Source: Bacilli bacterium (GTDB lineage Bacteria > Bacillota_I > Bacilli_A > RFN20 > CAG-826). Taken from it: a stretch of 64,000 bases of DNA. Both the position numbers and the translations under genes were made by a program. Within the stretch, counting starts at the first letter, position 1. Every line of letters starts with the position of its first letter. The stretch covers positions 76,078-140,077 of the forward strand of contig JAGBLL010000036.1 of assembly GCA_017635465.1 (NCBI GenBank). Reading direction: 5' to 3'. Below the pieces are notes generated by a model, which did no database searches, was not told the origin of the DNA, and was given only the letters and a program-made list of their open reading frames with translations. This document shows, piece after piece, positions 9,282 through 19,050 of the stretch.

Positions 9282-11720
9282 ATGTGCGAGAAATTTTATC
9301 AAAACAAGAATATCATCGTCGCGGACTTTGATTATCAATCCGCGCTTTTCCTATTTAAAAATGCTCATCCAGAATTAGATATCAAAATCATTTCTCGAAA
9401 TGACTTAATTAATAAGATTTCTTATTCATTTTTAAAAGATCCTATTCCTTATTTAATTAATAAAGGTATTGGTTATAAAAAGGCTAAAAAATATTTAGAC
9501 ATCCTTTTAACCGCTGACCACACCAAAAATGAGGAACTTAATAAACTATTTAATGAATTAAATGAAGCGGGATATTTAGTTAAAGATGAATATGGTGCTT
9601 ACGAATTAAAAGATAGCCATATCTATCTATTTGAGATGGAACAAGATACCGCTATCATGGAATTATTAAAAAGAAATAATCTTGAATTCCAATCACTAAG
9701 ACTCGAAGGTTTAGAATTAGTTAAAAATAATGCCTACATTAGCCCAAATATCATTTATTTTGAAAATAAGTTTACACAGTTCTTTTATATTTTCTCTTGG
9801 ATTAGAGATAAGACTATAGATAACGTTAGCCAAAAGCATCGCATTATCATAAATGGCGATGAAGATATCTTCTATGTCAAAATCATGTCTGATATTTTTA
9901 ATCTTCCAATATGCTATGTTGAAGAAAGACCATTGCTATCTGTTAAAAGCGTTAAAGCAAAGATTAATGAAATATATCGAAATAAATCTTTTAACTTCAA
10001 CGAAGAAGAACTAGTGGATCAAGACATCAAAGTCTTAAAAGAATTGATTGAATATTACGAATTGGATAAAAAAGATGACTTCGCTTTTAGCTACGCCAAT
10101 CTATTAGAAATAGTGGCTTCTAAAAATACACGCATACCTAATGGTAATGGGGGCGTTGTCATTACTAATAAATTTGTTTTTGATCCAACGTTCTATACAT
10201 ATGTCACTAATTTTAATTCCGATGCTTTTTATAAGGTGTTTTCAGATGATAATGTTTTACCAGATGCCATATTAAAAGAGATTGGTTATAACACTTCATA
10301 TAACAAAACAGCGATGGATAGAAGAAAGAAGAAAAACTTCTTAAGACACAATAATGTCGCAGTTATTTCACGTGTTAAAAAACATCTAAACGATAAAATC
10401 TTTGATTCTCCTTTAATTGATGATTTAGGCTGGAAAGATAAGATTAGAGATGAAGAAAAATTAGAATTACCAACATATACTTCTGAAGCGGCTTATTTAC
10501 GTAGTTCAATGGAACTTGATAGGTCTGGATTAAAATTTGATTCTAATGTTTTTAATGCTTATGATCCTTCTTTTAAAGGCATTAATAATGGTAAAGATTT
10601 TAGAAAAAAGACTTGGTCAGTGACAGGTTTAGAAACATATGTTAACTGTCCTTTCAAATATTATTTAAGTAATCTTATTCCTTTAAAAAGAAATGATTAT
10701 TCAAGAAGATTTATTGGTACTTCTATTCATAAAGTATTTGAGAAATTTAATCATGTTGATTTTAATGTTGATCAAGCTTTAAAAGAAGGTGAACTAGCTT
10801 ATTATGAGCAATTTAAAAAAGCTGATATCATTCCTACTCCTAAAGATAAGGCCTATTTAGAAATAGCGCAGTATTGGCTAAGAAAATTTATTAAAGCTTA
10901 TAGAAAAAATATTGAAGGTATTTCTTTTGATGAACCCCCTAAAGATGACTATGAAAAAGATATCTATTTCTCTTTAGAAGATGATAAAAAAGAAACATAT
11001 AACTTCAGAGGCACTATTGATAAGGTTATTATTTCTGAAGCAAATGGACACAAATATTACTCAATCGTCGATTATAAAACAGGCATCGAAGAATTTAATC
11101 CTCAAGAAGTGTTCTTGGGTAAATCAATTCAAATACCACTTTATTACTATGCGATAGACACTAATATTCAACCAGATTATTACACCAAAGGAGCGGAATT
11201 CGGTGGCTTTTATATCCAGCATATTTTCTTCACCACAATTAAGTCTGCTTTAAAGGACGCTAACAAGCCAACAATATCTGAAAAAAGATTAATAAATCAA
11301 TCACGTCTCGGTGGAATTAGCAAAAATGATGTTTCCTATATTGCTTCTATTGACCCATCAGCATTTAAAAAAGATGGCTCATTAAAAAGTAATGGCGGCT
11401 CTCTTTTACAAATCAAACACCAATTTAACGAAGTCGATGGTAAAGAAGAACAAATTATCGACGATTCTTCAATTGGCTTAAATAAATATAACTTTAATGA
11501 TTTAGTGGAAGACGCTAAAAAGGCAGCTATCCAAACAATTAACAAAATATGTGATGGTGACTTTTCCATTGCCCCAACATCATATTCATTAAATGAATTT
11601 AATATTGAAAGAATTGCATGCAATAACTGTCCATATCGTCCAGTTTGCTATCGTCATATTAGCGATGCAGTTGATTATAGAAAGTTAATTGCTAAGCGTT
11701 TTCATAAAGGAGGTAAATAA
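9282..11720 (+). CDS. addB: AddB/RexB-like PD-(D/E)XK nuclease subunit with Fe-S staple
   Basis: C-terminal nuclease motifs GTIDK and IVDYKTG, QIPLY, and four Cys (NCPFKYY ... CNNCPYRPVC); directly upstream of addA. Confidence 0.75.
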   Translation: MCEKFYQNKNIIVADFDYQSALFLFKNAHPELDIKIISRNDLINKISYSFLKDPIPYLINKGIGYKKAKKYLDILLTADHTKNEELNKLFNELNEAGYLVKDEYGAYELKDSHIYLFEMEQDTAIMELLKRNNLEFQSLRLEGLELVKNNAYISPNIIYFENKFTQFFYIFSWIRDKTIDNVSQKHRIIINGDEDIFYVKIMSDIFNLPICYVEERPLLSVKSVKAKINEIYRNKSFNFNEEELVDQDIKVLKELIEYYELDKKDDFAFSYANLLEIVASKNTRIPNGNGGVVITNKFVFDPTFYTYVTNFNSDAFYKVFSDDNVLPDAILKEIGYNTSYNKTAMDRRKKKNFLRHNNVAVISRVKKHLNDKIFDSPLIDDLGWKDKIRDEEKLELPTYTSEAAYLRSSMELDRSGLKFDSNVFNAYDPSFKGINNGKDFRKKTWSVTGLETYVNCPFKYYLSNLIPLKRNDYSRRFIGTSIHKVFEKFNHVDFNVDQALKEGELAYYEQFKKADIIPTPKDKAYLEIAQYWLRKFIKAYRKNIEGISFDEPPKDDYEKDIYFSLEDDKKETYNFRGTIDKVIISEANGHKYYSIVDYKTGIEEFNPQEVFLGKSIQIPLYYYAIDTNIQPDYYTKGAEFGGFYIQHIFFTTIKSALKDANKPTISEKRLINQSRLGGISKNDVSYIASIDPSAFKKDGSLKSNGGSLLQIKHQFNEVDGKEEQIIDDSSIGLNKYNFNDLVEDAKKAAIQTINKICDGDFSIAPTSYSLNEFNIERIACNNCPYRPVCYRHISDAVDYRKLIAKRFHKGGK

Positions 11721-11722
11721 TT

Positions 11723-14700
11723 ATGGGTTTTAACAAAGAACAACAATCCGCAATTGATGCTTCAATTTATGAAGATGTTTTAGTGGCGGCTGGTGCCGGT
11801 AGTGGTAAAACCAGAACTCTTTCTGAAAAAGTTTACACAGTCGTTGATAGTGGACAAGTCAAACCAAGCGAATTATTAGTGCTCACTTTTACTGATAATG
11901 CCGCTCATGAAATGCATGAAAGAATTATCAATACATTTAAAGAAAGAAATAAAAATGATATTGCTGAACAAATGGCGTCAGCCCATATTCAAACATTTGA
12001 CTCTTTTGCGAGATTCTTAGTTGCTTCTTATGCCGATGTTTTAGGCATTTCTTCAAATATTAATTCCGCTAATGAGGATGTGATATCTGCTAAAAAGAGT
12101 GTTTATCTTGATGAGATATTTGATGAATATTATCAAGATGAAAACAAATGTCAAAGACTAGTTAAAACATTACGTAAATTCAATATCGCTGGTGATAGAA
12201 ACACTAAGAAAGTAATTTTAGATTTATATAAACAATTAGAAAAACTCACTCTAGAAAGAAAAGAAGAAATATTAAATCATTACGAAGAGCAATTCTTAAG
12301 CGAACAATATTTCAATAAGATTATTGATGAATTAGTGACTTCTAGTAAAAACATCATCGTAGACACAATTAAAGAAGCTTATTTCTACGAAAAGAATTAT
12401 GAAGTTTTAGAAAATGATGACGCCGAAGCTTTCGCTAAATTATTTAATGATAAATCCGCTTTCAATATTGATGTTAAACTGTGTAATTTCTCTAATAGTG
12501 AAATCAATCAAGAAACATATCAAAGATTAAAGGCCGCTTTAAATCTAACTGGTAATGACTTTATTAAAAAGATACATGATACCGCAAACGATAAATCATT
12601 AGCGTTCTCTAAATCTAAAAAGAACCCATCAGGTGACGAAAAAGACAAAGCTGTTAACGATATCTTAAAGAGTGTTTTCAAGAAGCTTGATATTGTTTTA
12701 ACTATTGATGACTTAGATTTAGAAATCAAAAAATTGCTCAGCTTTAAAGATGATATTGCTTTATTACTTGATATTGTTAAGGAATTAAATAAACGTATTG
12801 ATGATCATAAACGTATCACTAATTCATTTGAATTTAATGACATCCTTTTAATGGCGGTCTCTTTATTAAGCAATCCAAAATACATTGAAGTTACTAAAAA
12901 GATTCGTAATCAATTTAAATTCATCATGGTGGATGAATATCAAGACACTAATGATTTCCAAGAAATAATTATCAATAGTTTAATTGAGTCTAAAGAAGAT
13001 GGCGCTCGCGCTCATCTGTTCTGTGTTGGCGATGCTAAACAAGCTATCTACGCATTTAGAAATTCTAAAGTCGAATTATTTACTAAAAGACAAGATGAAT
13101 ATAGTAAAGGCCCTGGCCATCAAGTTATCTTAATGCACAAGAATTATCGTTCTGGTAAAGGACTATTAAGTGAAATTAATCATATATTTAAGTTCTATAT
13201 GACACTAAGCCATGGTGGTATTAATTACGCTTTCGCCAATGAAGGATTGTTATATGATGACCAATTTGGTCCATATAGCAAATTACCATATAAGCATTTT
13301 GGTGTTTCTCGTATTACTTCAGTATCTGGTAAAAATGATGATGCTTTTGGCGACAATAAAAAATGGGAAGCAATGGCTATTGCTAATGATATTCAAAATA
13401 AAATTGATAACCATTTCAAAATATATAAAAGAACACCTGATGGTGGCAAATTAGAAGATGTTACTTATGATGACTTTGTAATCATCATGAGAACTGGTAA
13501 AGGCTTTGAAGATTATCAAGAAATATTTAAAGACGCTCATATACCTTTAAATAATAAATTAAAAACAGACTTAAAAGAGATTAACGCTATATTGCTATTA
13601 CAATCTCTTGTCGAATTAATCGTTAATGAAAAATGTCATTTAGGTAGTGAAAAAGCATTCTTATTTGCCTCAGTAGCTCGTAGTTATATTTATCAATATG
13701 ATGACCAAACTATTTACGACATTTTAAAAGATCACGATGAATCTAAGATTGATGATAATCCAATTATGCAAGACGTGCATGATTTTATCGCTGAAAATCA
13801 AGATGTCAGTGCGTATGAATTCTTCATTAACATGATTAATTATTTCGGTGTTATTGAGAAATTATTTTATGTTGGTGATGTTGATGACAATATTAGCAAA
13901 ATTGAATCATTAGGCGCTATCTTATCTTCACAAGAAAAGATGGGTGACTCATTAGAGGAATTCGTTAAATTCCTAAAAGATATTACTGATTATTCATTAA
14001 AACTTGATAATGATACTGTTGTGAAGACAGGTAACGCTGTTGATATGATGACAATTCATGCTTCTAAGGGCTTAGAAGAAAAGATTGTTTATTTACCAGT
14101 GAGCTTTAATCAAATTACACAAGGTAATACCGCTGATAAGGCAGACTATTTGTTTGATGAAAAATACGGCATCATTCTTCCTTATTATGATTATGATGAA
14201 AATGATGTTGATGATGATGGAAACGTCAAAGACGTTGTTATCGACACTTTACCTAGCGCTTTAATTAAAAACAGCGATAAAGATCCAGAAAGAGATGAAC
14301 ACGTTAGATTATTCTATGTTGCTTTAACTCGAGCGGAAAATATTGTCTATATCGTTGGGGATAAACCTGATGGAGATAATAAAAAGAAAGAAAACCTTTA
14401 TGGTATGCTTTCATATCTTCCACATTATCAAAGAATCGATGAATCATATATCGCTAAAAAGATTAATGAAAAACAAGTTGATTCTAATAAATATAGCCGC
14501 TACTTAAAAACAGTGGATGTTATTAAAAATATTGATTTAATGTCCGGCGATGATTTTGATAATGATTTATATAGCAAATTATTTAATAAATATTACACCG
14601 ATAAATTAACTAATATCCTTCAACAAGAAATAGAAGATTTATTTAAGCCATTATTTAGAGAATATTATTTAAGATTCGTAAATATGACAAGAGATCCATC

Positions 14701-15610
14701 GATGGATGCACTCGTATATTCGTTATTTAAATATAAAGAAGAAATAAACAGTGTTGAAGAACTAGAAGAACTAGTTAAGAAAGATTCTGATGCTTTAATT
14801 GATTTACAAGCTATGCTCAACGAATTCATTAACGCTGTTAAGACAGGTAACTGCGCATATTTTGCTAATAGCCAAGCAGTAGCGAAAGCATTAGAAAAAA
14901 AGAGCGAAGAAAATATACCTTATGGCCTATTTGATTATTTAATGCCAGTATTCGTCAGAGTGTTCGATGGTGAAAAACGCTTCATTTATGAATCATATGA
15001 AAACAAAGATTATAAAGATGAAGTATTAACTTTTGATTATCGCGACTTTAAATATGATATTACTGATGAAGATGCTGAAGAAATCATTGGTAAAATTGAT
15101 CAATTCCCACTTAATGATTCAATTATTAAATTCCCAACAATCATTAAAGAAAGAGCGTCTAAGCAACATCATTATGATGAATCTTTAGAAGATAAGGTTC
15201 CTGATTTAGTGTTAACTCGTGGTATTTATCTCCATAGATTAATGGAACTCGTAGATTTCGTTAATAAAGATACTTCTTTCATCAAAAATGAAAAAGATAG
15301 AAAACTCATCGATAATGTCTTATCTAATAAAGTATTTGATGATTTAGGCTCCGCGAAAGTCTATAAAGAATATGGTTATTATGATGAACTATTACAAACA
15401 ACAGGTTTTGTGGATTTGCTTTATTTCAAAGGTGATGAATGCTATATCGTTGACTATAAGAGTCGATCAATAGATGATGAAGCTTATGAAAGACAGTTAC
15501 ACGTCTATCAAAGAAATATCCAATCTTTATTTAATATTAATAAGGAACACGTGCACTTGTATTTATTATCATTAAGTGAAAACCGTATTAAAGAGGTGCA
15601 ACCAGAATGA
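11723..15610 (+). CDS. addA: AddA/RexA UvrD-family helicase-nuclease
   Basis: AGAGSGKT, LTFT, DEYQDT, VGDAKQAIYAFR, NYRS, MTIHASKGLE and YVALTRA helicase motifs; C-terminal GFVDL...VDYK...QLHVY nuclease. Confidence 0.88.
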   Translation: MGFNKEQQSAIDASIYEDVLVAAGAGSGKTRTLSEKVYTVVDSGQVKPSELLVLTFTDNAAHEMHERIINTFKERNKNDIAEQMASAHIQTFDSFARFLVASYADVLGISSNINSANEDVISAKKSVYLDEIFDEYYQDENKCQRLVKTLRKFNIAGDRNTKKVILDLYKQLEKLTLERKEEILNHYEEQFLSEQYFNKIIDELVTSSKNIIVDTIKEAYFYEKNYEVLENDDAEAFAKLFNDKSAFNIDVKLCNFSNSEINQETYQRLKAALNLTGNDFIKKIHDTANDKSLAFSKSKKNPSGDEKDKAVNDILKSVFKKLDIVLTIDDLDLEIKKLLSFKDDIALLLDIVKELNKRIDDHKRITNSFEFNDILLMAVSLLSNPKYIEVTKKIRNQFKFIMVDEYQDTNDFQEIIINSLIESKEDGARAHLFCVGDAKQAIYAFRNSKVELFTKRQDEYSKGPGHQVILMHKNYRSGKGLLSEINHIFKFYMTLSHGGINYAFANEGLLYDDQFGPYSKLPYKHFGVSRITSVSGKNDDAFGDNKKWEAMAIANDIQNKIDNHFKIYKRTPDGGKLEDVTYDDFVIIMRTGKGFEDYQEIFKDAHIPLNNKLKTDLKEINAILLLQSLVELIVNEKCHLGSEKAFLFASVARSYIYQYDDQTIYDILKDHDESKIDDNPIMQDVHDFIAENQDVSAYEFFINMINYFGVIEKLFYVGDVDDNISKIESLGAILSSQEKMGDSLEEFVKFLKDITDYSLKLDNDTVVKTGNAVDMMTIHASKGLEEKIVYLPVSFNQITQGNTADKADYLFDEKYGIILPYYDYDENDVDDDGNVKDVVIDTLPSALIKNSDKDPERDEHVRLFYVALTRAENIVYIVGDKPDGDNKKKENLYGMLSYLPHYQRIDESYIAKKINEKQVDSNKYSRYLKTVDVIKNIDLMSGDDFDNDLYSKLFNKYYTDKLTNILQQEIEDLFKPLFREYYLRFVNMTRDPSMDALVYSLFKYKEEINSVEELEELVKKDSDALIDLQAMLNEFINAVKTGNCAYFANSQAVAKALEKKSEENIPYGLFDYLMPVFVRVFDGEKRFIYESYENKDYKDEVLTFDYRDFKYDITDEDAEEIIGKIDQFPLNDSIIKFPTIIKERASKQHHYDESLEDKVPDLVLTRGIYLHRLMELVDFVNKDTSFIKNEKDRKLIDNVLSNKVFDDLGSAKVYKEYGYYDELLQTTGFVDLLYFKGDECYIVDYKSRSIDDEAYERQLHVYQRNIQSLFNINKEHVHLYLLSLSENRIKEVQPE

Positions 15611-16302
15611 ACGTTAAAGATTTAATTGTTTACGAAGATAAATATCTCGTGATCATTAATAAACCACGTCATCTTTTATCGCAGTTTGATGGTAACAAAG
15701 ACAATGAATCATTGGATGTCTTATTAAGCAAATATTTAGGTAAACAAGCGATGCTCATTAATAGATTAGATAAAGACACATCTGGTTTAATCGTGTTCGC
15801 TAAAGACAATAAGAGCGCCACTGAGCTCGCTAATATCATTAACGATCACTCGATAGTGGAGAAACATTATTTAACTTTGGTAAATGGCGTTGTTAGTGAA
15901 GACGGGGTAGTGGACGCCCCGCTTAGAAAAAGCTATGAGCGTAAAAAGATGATCGTGGCCCCACTCAAAAGTGGTGCGAAAACCGCCATCACCAAATATT
16001 TTGTTAAAGAAAAATATCAAAACTATACATTATTAGATGTGCAATTAGTGACTGGTCGCACACACCAAATACGTGCGCACATGTCATATGTGCGCCATCA
16101 CGTTGTGGGCGATATTAAATATGGAGATTATAAAGTTAATAACTATTTTAAGAAGGAATTTAACTTCGAAAATCAGTTTTTACACTCCTATAAATTAGTG
16201 TTTTCCGACATAAAATGCACATTTAATTACCTCTCAAATAAAGAGTTTATCGCGGAATTACCTACTGAATTACAAAATATTTTAGAAAATTTAGATAAAT
16301 GA
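15607..16302 (+). CDS. RluA-family pseudouridine synthase (no S4 domain)
   Basis: INKP, NRLDKDTSG and TGRTHQIRAH motifs. Confidence 0.9.
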   Translation: MNVKDLIVYEDKYLVIINKPRHLLSQFDGNKDNESLDVLLSKYLGKQAMLINRLDKDTSGLIVFAKDNKSATELANIINDHSIVEKHYLTLVNGVVSEDGVVDAPLRKSYERKKMIVAPLKSGAKTAITKYFVKEKYQNYTLLDVQLVTGRTHQIRAHMSYVRHHVVGDIKYGDYKVNNYFKKEFNFENQFLHSYKLVFSDIKCTFNYLSNKEFIAELPTELQNILENLDK

Positions 16303-16333
16303 GTTTATCTAACAAAAATAATTTAAAAAATAT

Positions 16334-16360
16334 TTAGCAGTCCTATTGACAGAGTGCTAA
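16334..16360 (+). promoter_or_regulatory. CIRCE element 1 (HrcA operator) overlapping the -35 box
   Basis: TTAGCAGTC-N9-GAGTGCTAA, one mismatch to consensus; contains TTGACA 16346-16351, with TATAAT at 16368-16373. Confidence 0.92.
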
Positions 16361-16380
16361 TTTTGGTTATAATGTAGGTG

Positions 16381-16407
16381 TTAGCAGTCAAAGAGGTTGA
16401 GTGCTAA
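16381..16407 (+). promoter_or_regulatory. CIRCE element 2 in the hsp20 5' leader
   Basis: TTAGCAGTC-aaagaggtt-GAGTGCTAA. Confidence 0.92.
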
Positions 16408-16433
16408 AGAAGGTAATATAGGAGGTTGAAATT

Positions 16434-16835
16434 ATGAGAAATTATATTACTACTTATGATCCATTTTTCGACAGATTTTTCCTTAGAGCAAACAACTGTT
16501 CCGCATCACACATGATGAAGACCGATATCAAAGAAAACAAGAATGACTATCAAATGTTCATCGAACTTCCTGAAGTGAAGAAAGAAGACACAAGAATCGC
16601 TCTTGAAAACGGTTATCTTAAAGTCACTGCTACCTTAAATAAGGAAGATGAAAATGACGAAGATTACATCTATAGAGAAAGAAGCTATGGTGAATTCTCT
16701 CGTTCATATTACGTTGGTGATACAGTGAAACTTGAAGATGTATCCGCGAAATTAGAAAACGGTATCTTAAAAGTTAACATCAAGAAACACAGCGAAAAAG
16801 AAATTGAGAAAGAACACTTAGTGCAAATCGCATAA
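16434..16835 (+). CDS. Hsp20/alpha-crystallin small heat-shock protein
   Basis: MKTDIKE, ELPEVKKED, ERSYGEFSRS and AKLENGILKV motifs; aggagg SD; CIRCE upstream. Confidence 0.93.
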   Translation: MRNYITTYDPFFDRFFLRANNCSASHMMKTDIKENKNDYQMFIELPEVKKEDTRIALENGYLKVTATLNKEDENDEDYIYRERSYGEFSRSYYVGDTVKLEDVSAKLENGILKVNIKKHSEKEIEKEHLVQIA

Positions 16836-16882
16836 AGTTTCCAACAAAAACACTCCTTTCGCAAAAGCCTAATCAGCTTTTC

Positions 16883-16913
16883 AAGCCGCGACTTATGGGG
16901 TCGTGGCTTTTTT
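16883..16913 (+). terminator. Intrinsic terminator after hsp20
   Basis: aagccgcgac ... gtcgtggctttttt hairpin plus U-tract. Confidence 0.75.
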
Positions 16914-16984
16914 GAAGAAATTAGCAGATAGTGATAAACTATCAGTGCATAAAAATTGTCATTAAGACAAAGGTAGGACACAAC

Positions 16985-18901
16985 ATGAAAGAAACAAAGC
17001 AGTTTCAAACTGAATCAAAAGAATTATTAAACTTAATGATTAATTCTATTTACAGCAATAACGAAATATTCTTAAGAGAATTAATCAGTAACGCTTCAGA
17101 TGCGATTGATAAATATCGTTTCCAAGCATTATCTAGCAATGGCAAAATCCCACTTAATGATTTTGAAATTAATATCAAAGTCGATAAAAAGAAAAGAACA
17201 ATTACCATTACCGATAATGGTATTGGTATGAATAAAGAAGATCTTGTTAATAACTTAGGCACTATTGCCAAAAGTGGTAGTAAAGACTTCGCTTCCAAAT
17301 TAAAAGAAGCTAAAGAAAAACAAGATTTAAATATCATTGGTCAATTCGGTGTTGGCTTCTATAGTGCTTTTATGGTCGCTAATAAGATTGAAGTTTTAAC
17401 TAAGACATATGATGGTCAAGGTTATTTGTTCACTAGTGACGGCCAAGAATCATATACCATCGAAGAAAAAGAAAAAGAAACAACCGGTACAGAGATTACT
17501 CTTTATTTAAAGAAGTCTTCTAAGGAAGTCGATTATGATGGTTACTTAGAAGAATATAAGATTAAAAACTTAGTAAAGAAATATAGCGACTATATCCGTT
17601 ATCCAATTAAGATGATGGTCACTAAGAGTGAACAAGTCTTAGATAAAGATGGTAAACCTATCGAAGGTAAATACGAAGATAAGCAAGTCTTAGAAACACT
17701 TAACTCTATGATTCCTTTATGGAAAAAGAATAAGAGTGAAGTGACCGATGACGAATTAAATGAATTCTATAAGAACAAATTTAGTGATTATGAAAATCCA
17801 TTAGCCTCATTATTCGTGAGAGTGGATGGCAAGATCACTTATGATGCCTTATTATTCATCCCAAGCCATGTCCCATATAACCTTTATAGTGATTCTTATG
17901 AAAGAGGCTTACAGCTTTATAGCAAAGGCATCTTTATCAAAGATAAGTGCCAAGAATTAATTCCTGATTACTTAAAGTTTGTTAAAGGTCTTGTGGACTC
18001 TGGTGATTTCTCACTTAACATCTCTAGAGAAATGCTTCAACAATCACCAATCATGCAAAAGATTAGTGAAAACGTTGAAAAGAAAATCGTTGATAAATTA
18101 AAAGACATCAAGAAAACTGACTTCGATAAATATGTTACCTTCTGGAAGAGCTTTGGCGAATTAATCAAATACGGTATCTATTCTACCTATGGTGCGAAGA
18201 AAGAACTTCTTGAAGATACATTAATCTTCCATTCATTAAATAACGAAGACAAATACATCTCTTTAGCGGAATATAAAGAGAAGATGGACAAGAAACAAAA
18301 ATACATCTACTTCGTTTCTGGTGAAAACCTTGATGCGATTAAGTTATTACCACAGTTAGAAAAATATCGTAAAGATAACATCGATGTCTTATTACTCGAT
18401 CAAAAGATTGATGAATTCTGCATCATGATGTTACGTGAATACGATAAGGTTGAATTCAAATCAATTAGTGATGAATCCGCTTCTGAAGTGAGTAAAGAAG
18501 AACAAGAAAAACTCGATAACATTACCGCGGATAATAAGAGACTCCTTGATACATTAAAAGAAGCTTTAAGCGATAAAGTTAACGATGTTGTGATCTCTTC
18601 TAAACTCGTGGATGCGCCAGTATGTGTCTCCACAAAAGATGGTTTATCTCTTGAAATGGAAAAGACACTTAATGAACAACCAGGCGCTGAAGAAAGCGTT
18701 AAGGCTCAAAAGATTTTGGAACTCAATCCAAACCATGCTTTGTTCGAAGTCTTCACCAAGATTCAAAACGATGATGAATTAGTGAAGAATTACGCTTCTG
18801 TTCTTTATGAAGAAGCAATGCTTCTCGAAGGCAGAGAAATCGTTGATAAGAAAGCATTCGTCGATAAGATTAACGAATTGTTTGTTAAAGCGATGAAATA
18901 A
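16985..18901 (+). CDS. htpG: Chaperone HtpG (Hsp90)
   Basis: FLRELISNASDA, DNGIGM, NLGTIAKSG, IGQFGVGFYSAF and LNISREMLQ motifs; start at ATG 16985 behind aggtagga. Confidence 0.96.
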   Translation: MKETKQFQTESKELLNLMINSIYSNNEIFLRELISNASDAIDKYRFQALSSNGKIPLNDFEINIKVDKKKRTITITDNGIGMNKEDLVNNLGTIAKSGSKDFASKLKEAKEKQDLNIIGQFGVGFYSAFMVANKIEVLTKTYDGQGYLFTSDGQESYTIEEKEKETTGTEITLYLKKSSKEVDYDGYLEEYKIKNLVKKYSDYIRYPIKMMVTKSEQVLDKDGKPIEGKYEDKQVLETLNSMIPLWKKNKSEVTDDELNEFYKNKFSDYENPLASLFVRVDGKITYDALLFIPSHVPYNLYSDSYERGLQLYSKGIFIKDKCQELIPDYLKFVKGLVDSGDFSLNISREMLQQSPIMQKISENVEKKIVDKLKDIKKTDFDKYVTFWKSFGELIKYGIYSTYGAKKELLEDTLIFHSLNNEDKYISLAEYKEKMDKKQKYIYFVSGENLDAIKLLPQLEKYRKDNIDVLLLDQKIDEFCIMMLREYDKVEFKSISDESASEVSKEEQEKLDNITADNKRLLDTLKEALSDKVNDVVISSKLVDAPVCVSTKDGLSLEMEKTLNEQPGAEESVKAQKILELNPNHALFEVFTKIQNDDELVKNYASVLYEEAMLLEGREIVDKKAFVDKINELFVKAMK

Positions 18902-18922
18902 CTTATAAACATAAGTCAAAAT

Positions 18923-18947
18923 AGTCTGCATTTATGCAGGCTTTTTT
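18923..18947 (+). terminator. Intrinsic terminator after htpG
   Basis: agtctgca-ttta-tgcaggctttttt. Confidence 0.75.
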
Positions 18948-19050
18948 GTTATTTTTCTTCTTGTAATGCCAACTTATTTGCTATAATTATTATGATTGTT
19001 GCGGGCAAATAATAATTAAAAAATGCTCAAGGGAAGAAAGGGGCATTTTT

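Noticed and set aside
9282-15610. Cas4-like nuclease plus helicase as a defence system
   Set aside because: Gene order, motifs and housekeeping context fit AddAB recombination repair.
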